A DNA stretch of 51,938 bases from a virus (Duplodnaviria; Caudoviricetes). The DNA lies in the IMG/VR virus record IMGVR_UViG_3300026320_000008, positions 1 through 51,938 of that record. One strand, given 5' to 3'. The notes under the pieces are model-generated. The model ran no database searches and had not been told where the DNA came from. It was given only the letters and a program-made list of their open reading frames with translations. The position numbers and the translations under genes are program-made. Below are positions 45,175 through 51,938 of this stretch, piece by piece (position 1 is the first letter of the stretch; the number at the start of each line of letters is the position of its first letter).

Positions 45175-46602
45175 TCAAGCTGCCTTGGTGATCTTCTTCG
45201 CCTCGGCCTCTGCACGTCGTGCTCTGATCATCTCGTTGCAGAGTTCCTGTAACAACTTTGCGCCGACACGTTTGGGATCGATGGCGATAGCCTGCTCCCA
45301 GAATGCTCGTGTGTTGAACTTAGCAAAGAAATCCCATCCTTCGGGAATGCCTTTGTCACGCATCTCCTTGGTTGGCCAACCCATTTGCTGGAGCCAGGTA
45401 CCGACTTTGCCGAGTTCCGCTTCGATCCTAGCGGGATCCGCAACGTACTGATTTGCCGTATCTAACGTGCCTAAAAGGATCGGGCTGAAGATGTTCGAGA
45501 TGCGAGTGCGTTCGTCGGCGTCGAAAATGACAGGGCTAACGGCCTCCACCGGAGCCGGCTTTGCAGGAGCTGCAGAGGTTGCAATACTTGGTTGTCCCGC
45601 CAATATGACCCTGTTGTTTGCGACAAGAGCTTGGAGCGAACTGTGGTAAGCAGACTTGAGTGGCCACGGACCAGGTTTGTCGTTTTGCCAGTCTGGTGGA
45701 TTGCTTCCGATATACTGAGCGAGCCACTTCTTTTTGTTTTTATTGCTTCCGTCTTCGATACTCTTGGACCAGTAAACGAGAACGGTTGAGTCTGTGACTG
45801 GACTAACACCAGATTGAGAACCGGCTCCCTGGATTGAAGGTGCCACCGGAGCTGCAACAGTCGGTGGTATCGGAGCTGTGGGCGCTGCTGTAGGTTTACT
45901 CCCAGACGAAAACATGTCTCCAGTTTTGATTACAGCCGAAGCCGGAATTTCTGGGATCAATGCGACCGATGTCAGCAACTCTTTGTCGTAACCGAATCGC
46001 TGAGATGCCCAGCCGAAAGTGAAGTTGGAATGCTTGGGGTTCTTCGTGAATATGCAAACTTCGCCATTGGCAAATATCAAAGCGATACAACCTCGCTCAC
46101 CCATATTGGATCCCGCAAGTATCTCGCGGGTAACCATCGGAGTGCGCAGTTTTGCCACGAGTTTGTCGAGATCGTCGCCCACGGCTTCGTACAAATCCTT
46201 GAGCTTGGGTGCGATGTACTCCTCGTGAACCCAATATTCTGTTGTTTGTGTCGAATTGGCAGCTCCATAACCCGAGAACGTACCGTCGATGAAGCAAGCG
46301 CCAAGCTTAACATCGTTAGCGCCATACAAAGGGATGAAAGGCTGTTGGCTCTCTGTCGGCAAATCATTGTCGCTGTCCTCGTTGCCGAAGTTGAGCATCA
46401 AGCCATACGGTTTGTATTCTTCTTTGGCGCATGTATCCTTGACTGCTTGAAGTTGTGAACCGTCGAGGTGAACGGTGAGAAGCTTACCATCGACAGCCAA
46501 GGCACCGCCAATGACGTCAGATTTCTCAGCCGAACAAATGTCCAGGAATTCTTCAGGCATGATTTTGTATGGTGCTCGGTAAAGTGTGACTCCCGTGTAC
46601 AT
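45175..46602 (-). CDS. Hypothetical protein, N-terminus possibly a degenerate class II glutamine amidotransferase fold
   Basis: Spacing of DVIGGA, MLNFG and QQPF parallels DG.G.A, LHFR and HPF; Pro/Ala linker; no N-terminal Cys. Confidence 0.45.
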   Translation of the reverse strand: MYTGVTLYRAPYKIMPEEFLDICSAEKSDVIGGALAVDGKLLTVHLDGSQLQAVKDTCAKEEYKPYGLMLNFGNEDSDNDLPTESQQPFIPLYGANDVKLGACFIDGTFSGYGAANSTQTTEYWVHEEYIAPKLKDLYEAVGDDLDKLVAKLRTPMVTREILAGSNMGERGCIALIFANGEVCIFTKNPKHSNFTFGWASQRFGYDKELLTSVALIPEIPASAVIKTGDMFSSGSKPTAAPTAPIPPTVAAPVAPSIQGAGSQSGVSPVTDSTVLVYWSKSIEDGSNKNKKKWLAQYIGSNPPDWQNDKPGPWPLKSAYHSSLQALVANNRVILAGQPSIATSAAPAKPAPVEAVSPVIFDADERTRISNIFSPILLGTLDTANQYVADPARIEAELGKVGTWLQQMGWPTKEMRDKGIPEGWDFFAKFNTRAFWEQAIAIDPKRVGAKLLQELCNEMIRARRAEAEAKKITKAA

Positions 46603-46606
46603 GGTC

Positions 46607-47038
46607 TTAACCTTTCAGATAGTTTGCGAAGTCCGGAAAGTATTTCCGGTGTACTTCGTCGTTGTTCGCGTACAACGATACCATTCTTCCACGAAGTTCG
46701 TAGAGATATTTCTGTCTGGCTCGTATTGCCTCCTTTGTTGGAGTTAAAGGTTGAGGTTTTATGCCGGGTATCCACGAGAAGCGGCGCATCCAACGGTTGT
46801 ATTCTTCACCACTAATCACACCTTTGTGGAAGTCATCAAACAGCATATCGTGTATCCTGTCAGAATAACGATCGAACTGTTCTAAATCCCTCCACTTCTC
46901 GTACATTGTCCACCCCCCAGCATTCGGTCGTCTCTTAAAGCGAGACTTAATTCTCGGCCAATAACGATAGACAATAAGAAACACAGCTAAGCCCAGCAAT
47001 GTTGGGCCTAGAGATATTTCATACATCTCTGCCTCCAT
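46607..47038 (-). CDS. Membrane-anchored hypothetical protein
   Basis: N-terminal TM LGPTLLGLAVFLIVY followed by basic residues. Confidence 0.65.
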   Translation of the reverse strand: MEAEMYEISLGPTLLGLAVFLIVYRYWPRIKSRFKRRPNAGGWTMYEKWRDLEQFDRYSDRIHDMLFDDFHKGVISGEEYNRWMRRFSWIPGIKPQPLTPTKEAIRARQKYLYELRGRMVSLYANNDEVHRKYFPDFANYLKG

Positions 47039-47125
47039 ACCTATAGGTAGACCACGGCCATCGGCGCCCGAGTGTATTGCACCTCGCTGAGCGGTCGAAG
47101 TTTCTCCGTGGTCTACTTATTAGCT

Positions 47126-47176
47126 AAAGAAAAACCCCGGTGATCCAAGGCTGGGGGGCAAGGAATCACCGAGGTT
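47126..47176 (-). terminator. Intrinsic terminator
   Basis: AACCTCGGTGAT/ATCACCGGGGTT stem followed by TTTCTTT on the - strand. Confidence 0.65.
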
Positions 47177-47208
47177 CGCTGTGTCTGAGGATCACAGCTC
47201 CAACAAAC

Positions 47209-47397
47209 CTAGCCCGAGAGTTTAATTACCCTAGGTTCGTTGTCTCGTTGGGTGGACAATTTGAACATATCCACCAATTGTCTTGGATTATATTTGGGGC
47301 ATCCTTTAGCACGGATGCATGGTGACTCAATTCTTTCATTACTCCAGAGCGGTTGACGTGTCTGCGTCTTACCGCATGATGTGCACACGCGAATCAT
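47209..47397 (-). CDS. Small Cys-containing protein
   Basis: CTSC...C...C; ATGA overlap. Confidence 0.5.
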   Translation of the reverse strand: MIRVCTSCGKTQTRQPLWSNERIESPCIRAKGCPKYNPRQLVDMFKLSTQRDNEPRVIKLSG

Positions 47398-47885
47398 TCG
47401 ATTTGAACCTCCTGAACCCAGCGCAACTTACCCGTCCTGAGAACAGTCATTGCGCGATTACGGTCATTGAAGTCACTGGACATGAATGCTTGTTTCTTCA
47501 CCAAGTCATTCATTATGAAATAGCAATGCTGTGCATGAAAGAATAGATAAATTTTTAAAGTATCGGAACTGTGGTCTTTCATATAGATACGATGGTAATG
47601 ATCAAGACCGTCGTAGAAGTCACGGTCTAGTCGTACAATCCGTAATTTATTCTTGACTTCAGCTTTGGGTTGTGTTATCCTTGGCGTCCACTCTGTCGAG
47701 TAATCAGGCTGGATTTGTGTGCGAACAGGTTCGGTTAAGTTGCGTCGAACACTATCCATCCTGCGTTTGTATTGACGCAGAACTAATGGATTGGGATTAC
47801 GCCCCACTTGAATAATGTCGGAATTATAGTATCGGAGCTTGGAGCGGTTAACTCCCTTGTTACGCCCGCGTCTGTTCTTGCTCAT
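47394..47885 (-). CDS. Hypothetical basic protein
   Basis: AAGGAG RBS; directly downstream of a promoter. Confidence 0.7.
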   Translation of the reverse strand: MSKNRRGRNKGVNRSKLRYYNSDIIQVGRNPNPLVLRQYKRRMDSVRRNLTEPVRTQIQPDYSTEWTPRITQPKAEVKNKLRIVRLDRDFYDGLDHYHRIYMKDHSSDTLKIYLFFHAQHCYFIMNDLVKKQAFMSSDFNDRNRAMTVLRTGKLRWVQEVQIE

Positions 47886-47916
47886 CCGCAGCTCCTTTTC
47901 TCATTATCTTACAACT

Positions 47917-47945
47917 AGTATAACAAACTTTATGACCTAAGTCAA
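47917..47945 (-). promoter_or_regulatory. Sigma70 promoter
   Basis: TTGACT-17 nt-TATACT with TGn extended -10. Confidence 0.75.
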
Positions 47946-47970
47946 GTCGTTTATCTTCGTTTTCAACGAC

Positions 47971-48204
47971 TTAACCTTCTGGAAAGTAAAACCCACCGAA
48001 TTTGTCTGTCCAGGTCTGTCCCTCGAAGTCCTCCAAGTGCAAGGATTCCTTGCCTCCATCATAGAACTTCATGTGAACTTCTTTGTCCCACCAATTGATA
48101 TGTGTAACATACCCATTGGGTTGTTTGTCGAGATCATAGCGAGACTGAAGCCATACATGATCTCCTCTGCGTGGCTTGCTCTCTCGTTGTCTCAGTTGAG
48201 GCAT
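47971..48204 (-). CDS. Hypothetical protein (small beta-barrel-like)
   Basis: 77 aa; GDHVW...GYVTHI...VHMKF. Confidence 0.55.
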   Translation of the reverse strand: MPQLRQRESKPRRGDHVWLQSRYDLDKQPNGYVTHINWWDKEVHMKFYDGGKESLHLEDFEGQTWTDKFGGFYFPEG

Positions 48205-48398
48205 TCTATGGAATCCCCTTCTATGGAATCCCCTTCTAACAAGACGCAGTGATCACATTGGAACGTGATGATGCGGTCATGGTCAGCCGGGCAATCTCCC
48301 AAGGATACCGCGGATAGATTCTGTATCATGTCTTCCCGATCCATGAGTAGCTTGGCTCGGCATGTCACGCATCTCATGCGTATGAGCAGTCTTGACAT
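48192..48398 (-). CDS. Small Cys-rich protein
   Basis: AAGGAGGT RBS before MSRLLIRMRCVTC; CVTC...CDHC; 15-nt tandem repeat (EGDSI x2) near its end. Confidence 0.5.
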   Translation of the reverse strand: MSRLLIRMRCVTCRAKLLMDREDMIQNLSAVSLGDCPADHDRIITFQCDHCVLLEGDSIEGDSIECLN

Positions 48399-48651
48399 TG
48401 CGTATGACCTCCTTGGCCCATTCTGTGATTTCACTGTGACTCAAATCTAAAGAATCACAATATCCTTTGAACTTATGCTGAGACATTGACAACACACAGT
48501 ATGCCAACAGCAATGTACGTCGCTGTTCAATTATGCTTTCGGGAGGATTGTGCATTTTCACAATAGGCGGTGTATAAGCATTAGTGCTTTCGGCACCACT
48601 TTTAGGATGCACAATAAGAGCACGTTTGACGCCTGTGACAGGGCTACTCAT
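48283..48651 (-). CDS. Hypothetical protein
   Basis: ATGA-coupled start MSSPVTG at 48651. Confidence 0.45.
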   Translation of the reverse strand: MSSPVTGVKRALIVHPKSGAESTNAYTPPIVKMHNPPESIIEQRRTLLLAYCVLSMSQHKFKGYCDSLDLSHSEITEWAKEVIRNVKTAHTHEMRDMPSQATHGSGRHDTESIRGILGRLPG

Positions 48652-48920
48652 CGCATTGGACCATAGTAATACTGAGGTGGAACATAGGGACGCGGATACA
48701 TGGGATACGTCTGATATGGACGCCATCCCTGATATCCAGGATAAGGAGTAGTGCATCCTCTTCCTGGTCCCTGACAGTAGTAGTTACGGTCTATGTAATC
48801 GCCCAATGGACCGCGACTACGGTTCTCATATGGTGGTCCGCAGTACGGTGGACAGAACCTCTGTGCAGTAGCATCCGTTGTTACTGCTAACAAAGACAAC
48901 ATTGTGATGATGTATTTCAT
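48648..48920 (-). CDS. Secreted Pro/Tyr/Gly/Cys-rich peptide
   Basis: GGAGG RBS; signal peptide MKYIITMLSLLAVTTDATA followed by a PYG-rich mature part. Confidence 0.65.
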   Translation of the reverse strand: MKYIITMLSLLAVTTDATAQRFCPPYCGPPYENRSRGPLGDYIDRNYYCQGPGRGCTTPYPGYQGWRPYQTYPMYPRPYVPPQYYYGPMR

Positions 48921-49025
48921 GAGATGCCTCCATACGCTCGTAGGACGGTCACCCATGCATTTAAATGGGTGACCGGTAGGTAGGTAGCACCCCGCGATTT
49001 ACGCTACCACGGGGCTTCCTAGGCG

Positions 49026-49295
49026 TTACTCGGCAGCAGCCTGCTGTTTCGTAGCCGACGTGGACTTGTCTTTCAGTTCGTCGAAGGTTTCCGACGACAC
49101 CATTGCAACCAGCTCCAACGTCATGCGGTACTTGCCGAACGGAGGATCGCCCTCGCCGACGATGTACTCGACGGTCGTCGTGTTGGTTTTCTTGTCGTGC
49201 TCGTCATGCGTGACGATGGAGTTATAGTTCTTGATGGACTCGCGATGCGTATCCATCTCCGCGCCCACGTCTGCATTCGGATGTTCGATACCCAT
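49026..49295 (-). CDS. Hypothetical protein
   Basis: TAAGGAG RBS; GC-rich codons. Confidence 0.7.
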   Translation of the reverse strand: MGIEHPNADVGAEMDTHRESIKNYNSIVTHDEHDKKTNTTTVEYIVGEGDPPFGKYRMTLELVAMVSSETFDELKDKSTSATKQQAAAE

Positions 49296-49299
49296 ATAG

Positions 49300-49752
49300 C
49301 TAACTCCTTAGTTTACGATCGAGCTTCTCTGCCTTCTCAACGAGACGATTGATTGCCAACTTGGCAGCCGCTCGCTCATTCTCCGGTGTGTTGGGATGCT
49401 CAATCAACACACGAAGCTGCTTGATCTTACGTACTGCACTTGGATGTGCATGTGGCATAAGACCAGTATCAGGATCAGCCCCGCGATGGATGCGAGACTG
49501 TCGAGTCTGTGCACGTAGCTCAGCGCAGTAATCATCTGCACTTTGAGCATATGGGTTAACGAATACCATTCCTTGATCACGCTTGAATGGCGTGACCTCT
49601 TTGGCGAGGCGTAGTGGTACGCCGTATGGCCAGTGAGCATGCGTTTCACCGTACCATGTACCTTTCAATATGGCACCGAGGTGACGCTCAGATGCGTAGC
49701 GTATGTCCGCATCTCTGTGCTTGACACGTAGATTGAACATATCGCGAGGCAT
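49300..49752 (-). CDS. Hypothetical protein with DUF2786-like C-terminal helical motif
   Basis: KIKQLRVLIEHPNTPENERAAAKLAINRL. Confidence 0.6.
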   Translation of the reverse strand: MPRDMFNLRVKHRDADIRYASERHLGAILKGTWYGETHAHWPYGVPLRLAKEVTPFKRDQGMVFVNPYAQSADDYCAELRAQTRQSRIHRGADPDTGLMPHAHPSAVRKIKQLRVLIEHPNTPENERAAAKLAINRLVEKAEKLDRKLRS

Positions 49753-49922
49753 CAGTATCCCCTTAGCTTGGTGATGCGTACCTCAATCCAGTCCGAGACA
49801 TCAAGGAAGTCTCGGAACAGTTCACGCGCTGCAGTTAGCGCCTTTTCTTTATCATCGAACAGACCCGTTAAGTTCCAGGTCTTATTCTTCTCCGACCAGT
49901 AGCTGACCACATACTTGTTCAT
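49752..49922 (-). CDS. 56-aa hypothetical protein
   Basis: Read manually: GAGG RBS, MNKYVVSYWSEKNKTWNL; TGATG coupling to the next gene. Confidence 0.55.
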   Translation of the reverse strand: MNKYVVSYWSEKNKTWNLTGLFDDKEKALTAARELFRDFLDVSDWIEVRITKLRGY

Positions 49923-49970
49923 AGTGTGAACCTCTCGGGTTTCTCTGCTTGTCTTCCAAGCATTATATAT

Positions 49971-49999
49971 AGTAGACCATACTTTGTTCCTTAAGTCAA
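49971..49999 (-). promoter_or_regulatory. Sigma70-type promoter
   Basis: TTGACT-17 nt-TCTACT with TG; closely similar to the 47917 promoter. Confidence 0.6.
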
Positions 50000-50155
50000 G
50001 TCGATTACGCCATACACAGCGTGTTGAGGCTGCAACGCTACTAATCCTTGTGTTTAGCGTGATTACAAAGTGCTACTTTATGCATTGACGACGCCCTGTC
50101 ACACTATGTGTGTGATCCATAGGTGCGTAGTATATGCGTGGATATAACGCAGGGC

Positions 50156-50223
50156 AAAAGAAAACCAACGGTTTCTTTCTAACCGTTGGTCAAAAAGAAA
50201 CCCTCGCATTTGCGCGAGGGTTT
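50156..50223 (-). terminator. Two tandem intrinsic terminators
   Basis: AAACCCTCGC/GCGAGGGTTT (50198-50223) and ACCAACGGTT/AACCGTTGGT (50164-50190), each followed by a T-tract on the - strand. Confidence 0.8.
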
Positions 50224-50239
50224 GTTGGGGAGTTGAGAG

Positions 50240-51535
50240 TTACTTGATATTGGCGAGTGCTGCGGCTTGAACGAGTGCTGCACTCTCGGCGCCCTGTTGT
50301 TCTTTCGTCAGGGTCGCGTCCTGTTCCTGCCGTGCTGCTTCCGCTTGCGCGAGACGTGCGACACGTTCCTTGATGTGCGGAATGAGACCGTCCAACAAGG
50401 AATGCAAGGAGTAGATAGACAGCGCCAGGTCATCGCTGCCCTTCTTGTTCACGGCCGTTAGCAGTTCCGTGTAACGTTCGCGTGGTGATCCGGCCGCCTC
50501 AATCCACGAGTGGATCGCCGTTATGTTGGCCGTGAAATCCACGATACCCTTGACCATGCCTTCCTTTTCATCTTCCTCTCCCTCCGGAACGCCGCGCTCC
50601 ATTGCTGTGACCAGCGTATCCCAGTCATTCACGTCCTTGAGCTTGATGGAGTTGAACGTAGCGATAGACACGTAGTCGTTCTTTTCGGGATCGAGTGGTT
50701 GTGCCTCAAGGACTACGGGTTTTTTGTACTTGGAATAGAACGTGTTCCCGTTCTCATCCTTGTATGTGGCGAGACGTGCAGACACGTTGAGCGGATAAAC
50801 AGGCTGGCCTTGTGCATTGCTGACAGGAGCGAATGCGGCCAATTGCTTGGCAAGCGAACAACCTTGACGCATCCATTTGGTATGCTTGGAGAGTGCGTCC
50901 GCGCACGTGTTGAGTTCTTGTTCGTACCACACGGGACGCTTGCCTTTGAGTTCCTGCGGTGCGTCCGCCTGCTTGTTCTTGGCACGCCTCAGATTGAGGG
51001 TACGTTCGACCCACTCGTTGCCTTCGTCAGTCTGTTCAACGAGTTCGCGGTAAACGCTGGTCTGCTTTGAGCGTTTCTTCTGTTCCACCTTGTCGAAGTA
51101 AGTGATCGGAAACTTATCGAAGCGTTCGTTCGTTCCCTTCACGCCTTCCTCTGTCGTTCCACCCATTGGCAGAGACAACAGTTGTTGATGAGAGAGAAGC
51201 TTTTGAATGTGGGCCATGTAAGCGATAGGCGCATAGTCCACATCCTGTTGCGACACAAAGGTATGTTTCATCGTCGCTTTGAACGCCGCGTCATGACCGA
51301 TCTTCGCGGCGATAGAGGCGACATACGCGCGCTGGTTCTTGACCGTTGCGCTTTCCTCCTCAATCTTATCTTCCGCGGACAGATTGGGACGCAGGATGCG
51401 ACCCTTTGCGTCCGCTGCGTCACGTTGTGCGTTAGCCTCAACGATCTGCTCGTTGACGCTCGCAGTGCTGTCCTTGGGATCAGGCTTGCGATTGCGCGCA
51501 TTCTTCGCGGGTTGATTGAATATGTCTTGTGCCAT
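50240..51535 (-). CDS. Large unknown early protein (monocistronic)
   Basis: 431 aa, helical, GC-rich codons; has its own promoter and a double terminator. Confidence 0.8.
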   Translation of the reverse strand: MAQDIFNQPAKNARNRKPDPKDSTASVNEQIVEANAQRDAADAKGRILRPNLSAEDKIEEESATVKNQRAYVASIAAKIGHDAAFKATMKHTFVSQQDVDYAPIAYMAHIQKLLSHQQLLSLPMGGTTEEGVKGTNERFDKFPITYFDKVEQKKRSKQTSVYRELVEQTDEGNEWVERTLNLRRAKNKQADAPQELKGKRPVWYEQELNTCADALSKHTKWMRQGCSLAKQLAAFAPVSNAQGQPVYPLNVSARLATYKDENGNTFYSKYKKPVVLEAQPLDPEKNDYVSIATFNSIKLKDVNDWDTLVTAMERGVPEGEEDEKEGMVKGIVDFTANITAIHSWIEAAGSPRERYTELLTAVNKKGSDDLALSIYSLHSLLDGLIPHIKERVARLAQAEAARQEQDATLTKEQQGAESAALVQAAALANIK

Positions 51536-51578
51536 CTGACTTACTCTCTACCGATCGAACCATTTCGACCGTACTTAT

Positions 51579-51607
51579 AGCTTAGCATTGTTTAGTGCCT
51601 GCGGCAA
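51579..51607 (-). promoter_or_regulatory. Putative promoter for the first early gene
   Basis: TTGCCG-17 nt-TAAGCT with TGn. Confidence 0.5.
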
Positions 51608-51659
51608 GCGCATTACCTCATTGTCAATCACTTAACCCATGATGCGACAAAATGTCTCG

Positions 51660-51772
51660 AAGTTTATACAAAATAAATATCTATTTGCCTATGCACAAAT
51701 TGCATGGCTTAACTCATTGAAATCATTGAGTGTTTATACAAATAAATCTCTGCATGGATTTATACGTATAAA
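51660..51772. repeat. AT-rich end region with GTTTATACAAA(A)TAAAT x2 and palindrome TTTATACGTATAAA
   Basis: Copies at ~51662 and ~51733; palindrome at 51759-51772. Confidence 0.55.
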
Positions 51773-51938
51773 CATTGTGGCAATTGAGCGCGCGTGATGA
51801 CAGGATTAAGGTGATCCATTCCAATGCGGAGAGCGCTTGCATTCAGGACAATAGTATTTGCGGCGATCATATTCGATTCCGCAATACTTACACTTAATAT
51901 AAACAATCAATTATAAACTTCCAATAGTTTCAAACCAC

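Noticed and set aside
50267-51580. Several + strand and alternative-frame ORFs over the 431-aa gene
   Set aside because: Shadow ORFs caused by high GC3; the same applies at 30157..30603 and 45185..46815

Overview
The window looks like a near-complete (about 52 kb) genome of a lytic podovirus-type phage that encodes no RNA polymerase, integrase or recognisable ribonucleotide reductase. It has two convergent arms that meet at a bidirectional intrinsic terminator (~29988-30023), a layout resembling SIO1-like/Zobellviridae phages (inference). The + arm (327-29966) carries an accessory head/spike-like operon, then large terminase, portal, scaffold, major capsid, decoration and fibre proteins, a lysis cassette, tail tubular A/B and internal virion proteins; the last gene carries a histidine-phosphatase domain. 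The - arm (51535-30154) carries early unknowns, degenerate GATase-II-like and GGCT-like genes, a T7-type primase-helicase that appears to start at ACG, UDG, a CobS/MoxR AAA+ with its vWA-like partner, family A DNA polymerase, SSB, exonuclease, endonuclease I and an HNH-like protein. The most striking feature is a ~1.15 kb gap (33665-34830) in an otherwise densely coding operon. It is packed with nested helices and two tRNA-type T-arms but contains no complete tRNA, making it a candidate giant ornate non-coding RNA (GOLLD/ROOL/OLE size class). A structured leader upstream of the AAA+ gene, containing a duplicate of its own translation-initiation region, is also notable. All product calls come from motif recognition by eye; no database searches or folding programs were run.
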